Assembly (NCBI GenBank): GCA_040954595.2
Contig: CM082591.2
Span: 5,611,009-5,675,008 of the forward strand
Direction: 5' to 3'
Origin: Balanoglossus misakiensis
Lineage: Eukaryota; Animalia; Hemichordata
Length of the DNA stretch: 64,000 bases
The notes under the pieces: model-generated
The model's database searches: none
What the model saw: the letters and a program-made list of their open reading frames with translations, nothing else
Told to the model about the DNA's origin: nothing
In this document: positions 37,959 to 51,032 of the stretch, piece by piece
Layout: every line of letters begins with the position of its first letter
Numbering within the stretch: the first letter of the stretch is position 1
Translations under genes and position numbers: made by a program

Positions 37959-38422
37959 AATTTGACAGTGCGTTAACACGTTAGAGACAGTGAATTCTTT
38001 GTTGAGTAGGAAATGTGGGCGGAAGAGATTTTAAGTAGATACTGAAGCTTTTTGGATGTAGTGGGTGCTTGAATCTATTCCAGCATTCACCGCAAAGATG
38101 TCCATAAGTGTTCTCATCCTGCTGCTCATATCCTATAATTGTACTCTCGGTCGTCACACGACAACCTTTTTTTGTGCTCTCGTGCATAATAATTGTGTGT
38201 CGACATCATTTTCTTGATGGATCCATGAACTTTAATGCGTTTCATTCAAACAAAGAAGAAAGTTGGTATCCTTAAGAATGTCAAGTATAGATGCGGTTTA
38301 ACAACGTTTTAGTCAATGTTGACAATACTTCGAACGGTTTTGTCAGAGCTGTGTTTTGACTGATAGTGTTAAATGCTCAGTACGTAAATGAAACCAAACA
38401 AATGGTATCAGGCAATATTATA

Positions 38423-38874
38423 CCAGGTTCACACTGGGTGAAACTAGAAACGGTTCAGAGACACTATTTGCCTTTTGTAAACACAGATGATTAATCCTTT
38501 GAGTTAAAGCATGGACCCTGGTGCTGGGCCGCGATGTTAAAGGTATACGGTCACCTATGCAAATTTAGCTATAGTTACCATGGTAAACTGAGATCTAACC
38601 AATCACAGATTTTCAGTGGGTGGCACACGCGAAAAAAAGAGCGCCACCATACGTTCTTTAGAACATTCAAATACGCCATTTCAGCTATATATGGCGATAT
38701 GTAAATTGGAGGTGACCGTATACCTTTAATCCTTACACCGGCTCAAGGCAGGCCAAAACCTGTCTCAAATCTCAAGCATTCCAGGAACATTGAAACCGTT
38801 CACACATAATAATTTATGCCAGTATTTGAGCTGAGACGTTTCAAAAACATTTCAATGGTTCCTGTGTGAATGCC
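38423..38874 (+). mobile_element. MITE family C copy carrying a nested family B insertion
   Basis: ccaggttcacac...gtgtgaatgcc ends; homologous to 62252-62557. Confidence 0.75.
38541..38725 (+). mobile_element. TTAA MITE family B, copy 3 (perfect 16-bp TIR)
   Basis: TTAA-AGGTATACGGTCACCT...AGGTGACCGTATACCT-TTAA. Confidence 0.93.
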
Positions 38875-39529
38875 ATACTAGACCGACATTGCTTTTTTAT
38901 AAATTAGTTGACTAACTGACTGACCGAATTTTTGGTCCACCAATCCAGAAGTATGTAGTGATGTATGCAAATGGCTCATACTATAGCTCTGTTGCCTGGC
39001 AACCTGTCGTATAGCAGATCATTGTTTTACAAGTACGTATACATGACCATATCTTTGAGTCCATTTACCAAATTACGTTCCATTAACCTTGATTTACAAA
39101 TTGGTAATGTAAACCATGGATTAGTTCCTAATGCGGCATAATATATCTCCACTATACCTACTAAGGGAGCCTTCAGTTTTTACAGGGGGTGGGCCGGGGG
39201 AGATTAAGCGTACACCTGGACTCTAAAATGTGACCCTCCCCCATATCCTCCCTTCTAAAATGTGACCCTCTCCTTGTCCAACAGTATAAAACCTGAACCC
39301 CCCCCCCCCCCCATCTCACCACTTTAGGACATTTTCATGATGTACAGTACACTGATGTATTTGTGTGTGCAATCAACATATAGCAAGGGGTATTTAATAT
39401 TAACTATTTCACCACCATGATTTGTCTTTAATCTAATGTATCTATTGTTTTATATGGCAAAGTTGGACCTCTACTCAGGCAACTTGGGGTGAAAGTGTTT
39501 AACATGCCAGAAGCTTTTATTTTTGTTCC

Positions 39530-39708
39530 ATGATGATGATGACGGCGGTGAGGGTTGTGGTGGTGGTGGTTTTGATGGTGGCGGCGGCGTGGGTGGTTTT
39601 GGTTTTGGTGGTGGTGGCGGCGTGGGTGGTGGTTTTGGTAGTTTTGGTTTTGGTGGTGGTTTTGGTGGTGGTTTTGTTAGTTTTGGTGGTGGTGGCGGCG
39701 TGGTGGCC
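39530..39708. repeat. (GGT/TTT/GGC) trinucleotide-based low-complexity repeat
   Basis: Directly visible; produces spurious Gly-, Pro- and Thr-rich ORFs. Confidence 0.9.
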
Positions 39709-40231
39709 GATGGATGTATACATGTAATATGAGCATATAGAATGACATCCCATGTTGTGCAATAAAAAACGTTGTTTGGCATTGGCTTCCCAACCACATG
39801 ATCTAGAAACAGTGACCTACATTTCCTTGAAAACTGACATTCGTATCCGTTTCACGTCAAGAATCCGGTGTGACCGGTCACAAAGAGACTTTAGCTCTCC
39901 CACATTATTTGCACTTACGTCTTATCCACAGATTTAAGAAGACGAGGCTTTAACTGTTATTATCGTTCTTTACAAATTTCAAAGCCTAATGGTTTGGAGA
40001 TGATGACACTTTCAGATGTGCATTATGGTTATTGGGATTGAATATAGTAGTGCATCTTTTGACGTTACTCGGATTACAGTGATTGGTGTAGAGAAGGGAT
40101 TTGCATCATATATCAAAGCATAATGCCAAGTCCATAAAATAAAAAGCTCCAACGTGAACAATTGCAGCTGTTGTGTTACAGCGATCGAAGGATAATGCTT
40201 TCTGTAGTCTATGATCGATAGAAGGTACAGA

Positions 40232-40458
40232 TACATACATACATACATACATACATACATACATACATACATACATACATACATACATACATACATACAT
40301 ACATACATACATACATACATACATACATACATACATACATACATACATACATACATACATACATACATACATACATACATACATACATACATACATACAT
40401 ACATACATACATACATACATACATACATACATACATACACACATACATACACACACAC
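40232..40458. repeat. (ACAT)n microsatellite
   Basis: Directly visible. Confidence 0.97.
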
Positions 40459-43400
40459 TCATCAGGAGACTATGTATGCTTTGTTTCAAGTTGATTTCTA
40501 TTTCCTTCGAAAAAGCTTCATCTTAATGTTTGAAAAGATGAAATATACTTTAACAAAATAGCCTTTACACAAACACGGGTAAAATGATGTCGTTTTGCAT
40601 GAATTTTCCCGTCTCGTATGAACATATTACGTAGACATGTTGTTCTGGACTGTGCCCCAAATGAGATCGTTGTATGTAAACTTGACGTATTTTTGGGTCA
40701 AGTTTAACAATTCTATTGCGGAAATGTAAGAGAAGATGGACAGACGCGCGAGAAAATCAGACGATGGTTTCAGGGAAAACTTTTGAAATTTAAGGATTAT
40801 TGGAAATTCTGAATGACCGTAAAGTTGGAAAATCCTTGGACGGAAAATAGCACGGTTAACGTAACACACTGTTTTCTTTTTAATACTTGTCAAAATTGCA
40901 CCAGTTGAAAAGCCGTGATGAATGACGTTCGCATGCATTCTCAGTGGGGCTTTATATTATAGTTTTCATCACTATCATGCATTATGGTTTTGATGGAAGT
41001 GGCAGCTGGGCCGGAATCAGACTATATAGGGGGCGCTAGTACATTGGGTATTACCACACTGTTGCAGTTAAAAAATATATTGTGCTTCTGAATGTTGTCT
41101 CCCGTCAACAGCGCTTCGGAGGGCGATCGACTGACGTCGTACAAACATGACTCTGCCTTTCAGATTTCTGAAGTAACGTTCGCAAGTTTAGCACAGTCGG
41201 TGATTTTCGGCAAGACGCGAATAACGATGTCCTGTCGTCATGTTTGAAACTTCGAGGCAGGGGGAACATTTAGTTCAAATTTGGACAGTCTTCTTTCCTT
41301 AAATCACTCTCCTTCGGTCTTCACATCTCCCCGGCTAATTTTGACTTTGCTATGTTCCTCTTCTTCCGCTACTAATATTTATCCACCCAATTTGTTAAGG
41401 GTGGTGATTTGTGGTCTTCTGGGCTTCCTGTCGTAAAATCTATCGAGTTTCTGCACAAACGGTCGAACGTTAAACCGAGTCGGACCCCATTTGCATGATT
41501 TTCCGCGGCAAATTGGATTTTGCCTTCGTTTAATAATAGAGAAGCTTGCTGCTGCTTCCAATTACACAGGCAGGGGACGGGACGTCAAGGCGAACATTTT
41601 TAACACAGGGACCCCGCCTTTACATCTTTTTTGTGTGCGCAGGGCTCATCATTACTGAAGGATGGCTGCGCTTGCTGTTAGCAGTCACGACATCAATTAG
41701 ATTGATCCACTAATTCGATTCGCCATGACAAGTCTGGTGAGCTCGTATACACACATACAAAAACAGCTTGCGGGTATATCGGTATATCGGCAGTCTTGAT
41801 GAGGTTAGCATCGGAATCACATACGGAATATCACTTTTATCTGCAGATGTCACTGTGGAATAAACCTACACCACGCAGCATGGCATATACTTTGCCATCC
41901 ATTGGTTGACATTAATGCGTTACGTAAAAAAGACGTTCTGTAAATGTTAGGGGCCACTCACAGAGTTATTGAGTAACGTTTGCCAATCTCGCTGCAACAT
42001 TCATTGTAACTATGGTGATGTCTTGTTACTGAACCTTGCATACAGTATAGAGCAAACTAAGACGATTTGTGTAACAAGGTCTCAAGATCAATTATACAAA
42101 ATTGTCAGGCAGGGGTACCCTGGAAGACCGATGGATAATAACGGTTAGTCTACAGTGTACCCGATACAGAGTCAACATTCAATTAGGTATCATGCCCGCC
42201 TCCTGTGGGCCATTGGCATTGCGCACTAAAGTGATAGTTATATAGGTACCCGTCATCACATCCGTCCAGATATATAACGTTACACGTCTTCTTCCTCAAC
42301 AGACACGTTCTTAGCTTCCTCCAAAAACCATAGCCATACAAACCATTGTATGGTCCAGTTTCGACTATACACATGGACTATACCGTTCATTCTCGATGAT
42401 GGCCATATACATATCCCGTCGAGTGGAGTAATGTTATGTCCCAAATAACTACACACAGTTAGAAATGTTGCTATGTAACCAACCTATTCGTGATATTTCG
42501 AAGACATACAGAGAAAAGTTGGCCCAATATAAATGTCAGAATATTACCCAATACATCAATAAATATAAGTGCTTTAGCTTATTTGGATTCTTGGTGTGTT
42601 TAGATACATTTCCTTCCTATTTGAGCGAGTTTTGGAGAGGGAAACCAAAGATTGTAAATTTGACACTTGCAATTTACTTAACACTAAGGGTATTTGCTTT
42701 TGAAAGAAACGCCAAATGGATAACAAACTGTGCTTTCAAAGGATAAATTAACCATTGCAGTGATCAGCACACCGTTAATGATCAGATTTGCTCACGTGAC
42801 CAGAGTCGCTTTGACACTGACATTGGCTTGTTGTCGTGACTTCTTGAAGAAATCGATCGAAATCCTTCCAGTTATATTGAGAGAGCAAACATGTCTTTAC
42901 CAGCAATGACTAAGCATTGACTTACAAACGATTTTCAAATGAAATTGATGAACAGACTTTGCAAAATGAGACACAATACCAATGAAAGTTATAACAACGA
43001 TTGCAGACAGATAATCGGATTTATAGACATGCAATTGTGTTTTATATGTACTGTATTATATTCATACTTAGGTAATTTATTGTAATTTCACATGCTATAA
43101 AATGTCATGGTTACTTGGCCTTTCGCTCCACCTTGTTAGTCTTTAGTGTTTATTAATCTCCCACAGACAGAGCAAAATGACCAGAAGTGCTTCACTTCAT
43201 ATGCAATGCAGGGATATAAATACAGTATATCTTCTTTACATGAGACAAATGTCCAGTAATCATGGCGTGCGCATTAAGAGACAACCAGTCATACGTTATT
43301 AGGAAAATATTGGCTATTATAGGGGTCGGTGCATAATTTATCGCCCTGACTCACGGCCGTACGCTTGTTGTTCTCGTTCCGAGTCTCTTAAATTAAAAAA

Positions 43401-46400
43401 AAAGTGACCTTGCCGTTACACCATTAAGATGCAATTAATGTCAAACTGTCAGCGTAGTAGGCCTGAGAGAGCACGAGGGCCCCAGACAGTATGTGTCGAC
43501 GACTTTGTAAAAACCTATAAATATCACCTATAATGTGGATACTAAAACAAAGACCGCGAGAGGGATATCCGAGAGCCATAAAACACGGTTACATGTACTT
43601 CCAATACCGTTGGCTATACGCACCATTAACTTTTATATTGCGATAAAACTGGGGGCATTAGTTTGAACCTAGAAGAAAACGGAACTGTGTATAAAGTGGG
43701 AAGATAACGGAGGCATGAGAAATAACGCGTCAAGCGCGAATCAAGTGTTTTTTCGCTATCTGATTGAATCCCGGGTTTGTTTGACGCAGTATACCACGTC
43801 TGTGCGTCTAAAACGCATCGCCTTCACTTTTTGTGGGCTTTGCACGCGTTTAGTTTATTTGTATTTCACATCAATACAAAGCCGCGTCGCCTCGAGAAGT
43901 TAGTATTGTACACAGCATCTGGATCACCAGGGTGTTCCCGTTGCATCGAAAGCAATTACTCGTAAAATGTTAACTGGTTAACCGACAATGAAGATATTAC
44001 TTTAAGTTATGCCGTACGAACACCTCACACACAAATACTATTCAATATATATTTATTTCGTAGCTCCATATACCTAACATGCTTATAATCGCTAAGTGCA
44101 AGTTTGCTTTCAGTATGTTACCATGGATACTGTTTCAATAGCGAATTCGCAGGAGACTCAGTTGAGTGCACTAACAGGCGCTAATCACAGGTAATGCTAC
44201 CCGACGAAGTGTTAACATTTCGTAACTTGAATTTGAATGCTCGGTTACAATTAGTAATCGGTTTCCCTCAAGAAATGGGAAAGACCGACTTTAAGGATCT
44301 GGGTTGCGTCGGAGAGACTTCCAGCCCGAGGTGGTTGAAATTAATCACTCCGCCGAGCAGCGATGTACGCCTGTGTGTGCTTTGTCACTTAACGTTTAAG
44401 ACAAATGTATTACCAGAGTATATAAGTGGAAGAGGTCTGTGTTACACCGGCACGCAGCAGCCTGGTGTCCTTTGACATATGTTACAGACTACAAATTTAA
44501 TATGTGCAGACGTCTGACTACGTCATCCTTGACGTCAATCCAATTTCATTCAACTAAGCCGTCAAAAAAATGACCACTCTGGTGACGTGGACAGGCGAGT
44601 TTTTTTATTGGATTTCGGAGTAAATCAAACAGCCCAATGTCTCTCCGTGGAAGTGTAATAAGTACGTTCATATTTATTGTCTTCCGAACGGCAACTAGAA
44701 TTGTCTGACTCATGCCACCATAAGTGATATGAAAGTAGCTTTCTAATGCCATGGGCAGATCCTATCACGTTGCTAAGACACGTCCATTTAAATAATTCCG
44801 TTTAACCGATTAATACACCTTAAAAGCAGTATAAACTTATCACTTTTCGCACAGGGAATTGGCATCACAACAGCATATCGCTGGACATCAAACGGCCCCC
44901 GAAAAAGCAAGATGATTGCGTTAGCAGCCGGGGTCATATTAAAAACCGGTGGGCAGTACGTTGATAATATGACTTTCCTGGCGTTGATGAAATGCTAGGC
45001 ACTCATGCAAGAAATAAGAAATGAAATACGTCCGACATTAACATGCCTAATTCATTTGCAATTTTCATTGTCTCTCTGTAATATGCTTGTGTATTGAAAG
45101 TTAAATGTTTATATATACACGGTGACTGAGTGTGCATGCGCAGTTCAGGTGTACCACACGGAAACACACGGTAACCACTTTCAACATGTAGTAGCACTTT
45201 CTTTTCTATTCTATTTCCAGTTTTACAGTGCACTGGGCGCTCCTCATAGAGTAGTACAGATGTTACATTTACAGTCATTGTGGAATAATTAAAGGGATGG
45301 GTCACAAGGGTGAATTTTGCATATGTGTCTTCTAAGAATTTTGTATAGCCTATATAAGTCTTTTTCAACAACCACAAATCGCCTGTTTTCGAAGAAATGG
45401 GAGGAAAAAAGAAGTTATAGGACTTCAAAAGAGTGCATAGTGAGTGATGGAAATCTTATATGGACGACACAATTTCAAGATGGCGTATTTTGACCCCCCC
45501 CCCCTCACAGCACGAAGAATTGTCGTTTACTGACAAGTATGCGGACAACAGCCACACTCTGTTTGGTGATCTTGAATGGTATGACCTAAAAATTATTTAA
45601 ACATCTTCATTCCAAAAAGGTTGTAGATTAAAAGTAGGACCTTTGAAGGAAAAAGACTTCCCGTGAACAATTTGAATGAAGCAATCTCAAAGACCATATT
45701 ACTTTCTGGCAATCTAACCTTGCGGCTGCAAATTATTGTTATGGCTGGCACTGATCGCATGCGTATGGATACAGGTGTTTTGAGCACGTCTGCTCTCTAT
45801 TCATTTTGCAGTTGAAGAATGAAACATTTTGTCCCCATTTTATTTTCAAAATATTCCTAACCCCTATTATGGATGAATGAAATAGTATATGCTTCAGGGC
45901 TTCAAACAGTATTAACACAGTATGCAAATGTATCTGAAGGACGAGTCTTGTTCCATTATTTTGGGCCAACGTGCCTTCTTCATATATGAAAGGCAAAATA
46001 CGACACGGGAGAGAATTCTTGGCTGAGATCACCTGTAGGGATTTTGTGTAAAGGTTCCTTTGTTAATACGTGATCACGCAGTCTTCCCTCTTTCAATACA
46101 TCAAATGGAAGCTCCTTTGACCCATGGCTCACAACTAAGCGACTAGAACGGTAAAACTCCCCGTTAAAAGCACGAAAACATCTTTGGATAAATTATTTCG
46201 TTTCATGTTGGTGCATCAAATGTCTTCTCTTATAACCGTGCGAATTTCGCAAAGTGGTTTCAGAGTTTTGGTGTCAAGATGATGCGTTTGAAAATAGAGA
46301 AGGGTGTCATCCGTGACAGAGCTACGGTATTGACGTGGGTTCATGAATTATACATGTTTGTGGGGATATTATTTCGAAAGATCAAAAATCCTCAAGGTGA

Positions 46401-49235
46401 AGCTTAATGACGCTTTTCATTTTCTGTCGTATGATTTATTTTGAACAGGTCGCCTTGAAGTGTAAAACTGACATTTACAATGTAAGTGCATGACACAATT
46501 TCCCTCAACTCACTTGGGAAATGGTTTTTCGACGAGTGAAGATTTGTGTCATTGTTTCTCAGTAAGTTTTTCCGAATCATTCATTGTCAGATTTAGTCAG
46601 ATTGGCGATTTGTGTTGAAGGGAATATGGCAAAAAAAAATCCACAATGCGGTTTTATAGGCAGGTTTTTCTAATTAGCATAGTGAATTATGGATGATCTA
46701 TTGTTCAGCTTGAACCACAGTCACGTGGTTGAACTGATCTCCGGGAAGGCTGGAAAAAAAACTTGAACATTAAATCCTATTCTATCGAACTATATTGCGC
46801 ATTATTCTGAGATATTCGGTGTGTTTTCCAAAAATACTGTTTCAATGGCAGATTTTCATCGGTTGATGAACGATTTCCGACTTAGGGTTTAGCTGGCAAT
46901 GCGAGTAAGGTACATAAAAAAATTCATTCGCACGACCGCGAGGAAAATGGCGGCTACCTGCAGGTATTAACAAATGATATGCATCATCCATTTGGGACGA
47001 TTTTAAATCTCGTTGTTATGAGCGCTGTTGCCTGTATGCACCATCCGTAAACACATCAGCACGATGTTAAAACTTCAAGTTGTCTTGCAGTGTTTTGATC
47101 ATGATCAAATGGCTCAATTGCAGATGGCTGAATATTGAGTTGAACAATTTGTTTTATTCGACACCACATTTTACTACTCCCTATGGTAAAAGATGAAGAT
47201 CTCTGCAGCCTGTATACATATTTTGATCTTCGGTCTTACAATGGAAATGTGTCAAATATGTATATTAGGGCCGTAATGTTCAAAATATATCCTCCCATAC
47301 AGCACCACATTCAATAAAAATGAACTACCATCCGACTATAGAACTATTCACGAGTGAGTGAGTACAATGCGACGACACGCTGTTCGAGCAGCGATGGTGC
47401 GCTCTGAAAAGAAATCGTAAAGAAAGACATTGTGGAACTAGAACCCCGCGAACTTGATTCTTTTGAGGTAAATCACGATCGTGGTGGACCATGAAGGGCT
47501 TGGGGTAGTTTTCCAGTAGACAGCCTTAAAACACCCAGACACATGTAATAGCAAGAAGACACATTTAATAGCAAGAACAAATGACATATTTCAAGCAGAG
47601 ACTATCACTTTCTGACAGTTCGAGCCATGCTCGCTTCAGTACGCTCCAACCCCCCCCCCCCTTCGGTTAACATCGAGCAGTCCCTTAAGAGTCGTGCATA
47701 CATCAAACTTGCGACCGGACAAAAGCTTGTGACCCAGGTGCTACATCGTGCATGGAGGAGTAGCGACTAATGAATCGAAGGGCAGAGGTTGCTACGCGGA
47801 ATCTGCTACAGCTATTGTAAAATCATGTGTGATCCCATTTTAATGGCGGTAGACCAAGGCAATCTGCCAAATTACCGCAATTATTCGCACACACGTCACA
47901 ATCCCTGGATCACGTATCCTCAAATTATACCCATAGAAGATCCAGGGACACTAGTACCGACGCTTGAGGTAAAATAGGCAGAAATAGAAGGCATTAAACT
48001 GGGCATTGTGAACGAGAAATGGAACTGCCCGTTTTGTTGGGAAAACGTGATGCGTGACGATGTGATTGTTTTGGTTTGGTCCAGCGGGAAGGAAATGAAA
48101 GTGAAAGGAAAAGAAGACTTGCATTCAGGATGATCCAAAAATAGCGCTCTTCCGGTGCGCAGTAATGGCTGCTTACTCCCTGGGGTGCTGACGACGTTTT
48201 TGTGATTGCTATGAAACTCTGCATCGAGAAAAGAAGCGGTGATAAATGCCAGAAAGTGCGAGATATATTCATCGCAGATTTCCAGGTTGGGCCGTAATGC
48301 AATGCAATTACTGAAATAGCAGTGCACAAACTATGATAAGTCACCCCTTTCCATTCAGCTTTACCGAAGTGTCGAAAATTATGACCACTTACAGAGATTG
48401 TTTAGTAACATTTTTTACAGGAATTGATAATATGCCTGTAATATAGATACGTGAGGCACGATGATGCTACGCTCATCCCAAATCTTGCAGAATGAAAGTC
48501 TTTGAAAACTGATCTGCTATACTGTCTGATATCTGTCGTTGGCAAATTATTCATTATAGACGACCTAAACTTTTCAAGGCCATAGTTATCTTGTCGTCAT
48601 TTTTCCACAAAATTAATCCCATAACTTTTATCATCAATTTTGGTAAAATTTTGATCAAGACCTGCTGACAATGGACAATTATGTCCACTTTGTGTAACAT
48701 TACGAGAAAAAGAGTGAAAATGCGAAAGAAAAATGATAACAATGGCACATCACTTGCCAGTGAAAATGTGGCGTTCAAATTGTTAACTAGCAAGGCTATT
48801 GCAGCCTTGCCATTACAACTAATGACATTTTCCTGTCATTATAAAAGTCAACACCACGTAGCGAGAAACCTTGTTATATGCGCCTTTCTAGCGTAGGTAA
48901 TCTAAATCCTGGACTCAGAATAATTGACCAGAGCTGCCAAGCGCAAAGCACATTTGCACTTGCAACCTATACTTCCCCGTAATTAAGCCTTTCTCGCCGA
49001 CCCGTAAAACTTCTGTTGTCAAGATGTCGTTACTCCAACCGTGACACTGAAATAATGGGTGTTGTTAATGTGACATCCTTTGGCAGAATTGGGATTCTCA
49101 CAGAACTGGAAGATACACATGAGTAAGGCGGGTGGGACGAGAAAGTAAAGAAAAGTAACAGGAACATATAGAAACGACAGTCAGCCATGCTCTCTGTAAC
49201 TGTACTTTACTTTACTTTACTTTACTTTACTTTAC

Positions 49236-49561
49236 AGGGACAAAGTCTCTTTCTCGCTGTCCTTTTTCCATTAATTATGTTTGATTCAAGACACCGTTTA
49301 TGTTAATGTACATGTGGATATATAGTGAATCAACGTTCGACAACACACAACTTCCATCCTGTTTGTAGGATATGAGAGTAAATATCTCACCAAAATGAAT
49401 AAACGGTAAACACCGATAATTCATTTTGGCGAGTGTTTCACTCTCGTGTCTACAAGCGGATGGATGATTCACTATAGATCCACATGTACATTAACATCAA
49501 CGGTGTCTTGTATCAAACATTATTAATGGAAAAAGGGCAGCGAGAGAGGGACTTTGTCCCT
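49236..49561. mobile_element. MITE family A, near full length
   Basis: agggacaaag...ctttgtccct-TTAA; the left flank is (TTTAC)n. Confidence 0.92.
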
Positions 49562-50030
49562 TTAAATAAAATTATATTTCAGGCAAAACTTCATCATATT
49601 TGTCTGCTTTCGTATCATTCAAAAATGGAACGCGAAAAATCAGACCTGGATAATAGACTCTGATGACATTACTAAACTAATAATGGGGGCTATTACTACA
49701 TTTTGATATACATTGTTACTATTAACGCCGATTCTCAATAACAAAATGCATTAACGCTTTTATGCATAGATGAGAAATTTAACCCAAGGCTATGCTTATA
49801 TGTCTATAAGTGAATTTGTAATGATTGAATAAACACGACGGATAAACCCTGCCCCTGAAGTAATATTAATGATAGACAGGTTTCTCAAAACAACAGAGAG
49901 TTTACAAATATTAAATGCAACAAAAATATCAGGATTTCAGTAATATTGATAAAGGTGTGAAGTTTGAAACGCTTCTATACTGCAGTATGACAACCCGATA
50001 TTGATGTCTTACCTAAAATGCAAACGAATT

Positions 50031-50064
50031 TGTCTGTCTGTATGTCTGTGTCTGTCTGTCTGTC

Positions 50065-50105
<41 letters not shown>

Positions 50106-50150
50106 ATGTATGTATGTCTGTCTGTCTGTCTTTCTGGCTGGCTGGCTGCA
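50031..50150. repeat. (GTCT)n/(GTAT)n microsatellite
   Basis: Directly visible. Confidence 0.93.
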
Positions 50151-50878
50151 TGCATGCTTGTCTGACCTACACCATTACCTGATCTAACGGGATAATTGAC
50201 TCATTAGCAAGTTCGCTGTATACATAACTTTTCCCTTCCACAAAATCAGATACGATATTCAAGTAGCAAATGTGTATTATGAAGAGTGAATTTGGCTCCC
50301 TGTCTTACGCAACATTCACTATGACTGTTGCTTAACAATTCTAATAGACAGGGAGGGACATTACTGGTTTCCTGATGAATAACATTGGGAAAAGGTTCCC
50401 ATGGCTACACGCCTTTGATGAAAATATAATGGCTATGAGTGTTGTATTACCTATAGGAAAATGATAAAGTACGACGTATTAATAGTTTCTTACCAATAGT
50501 TTGTGGCATAATTGATAAAAATTGTCACGACATTGGTAAATCCAGGGCTCAAAAAGTCCCTGTAGTTTTTTAATCTTAAAGAGTATATTAACATAAGTTA
50601 TCTGTAGAGGGTTGCACATTCTTGAACCATTGCATCCGTCAATCTTCGATGGAAAATAACTGATATTTCTATTAAATTTCAAATGACAGTTGTATTTTGA
50701 AGTTTGCCGTCAATTAATTCAATGTCTGTATATACTGACCCGGCCCTCTAATGGCTGATGGACCACCTTGCTGCATAGGAGTATTCCTGTTTTATCGGTT
50801 CTTCACAGGCCGACAACGATTGAGTCGTCTTCAGTATGTTAGGTTATCAAGATCGTACAATAGATATAGTTGTCTCAA

Positions 50879-51032
50879 TGGGAGAAAGTCTCTCTCTCGC
50901 TGCCTTTTCCATTAATTATGTTTGATATAAGACACCGTTTATGTCAGTGTACATGTGGATATATAGCAAAGCTAAGTTCAACCACACATACATGTACCGT
51001 CCACCCCACTTGTAGATACGAGAGTGAAAATA
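50879..51032. mobile_element. MITE family A, left fragment
   Basis: aaagtctctctctcgctgccttttccattaattatgtttgata...cttgtagatacgagagtgaaaa. Confidence 0.85.

Noticed and set aside
39471-39797. Pro-, Gly- and Thr-rich ORFs resembling extensin, keratin or mucin
   Set aside because: Open in several frames on both strands because of a GGT-based simple repeat; no supporting splice context.
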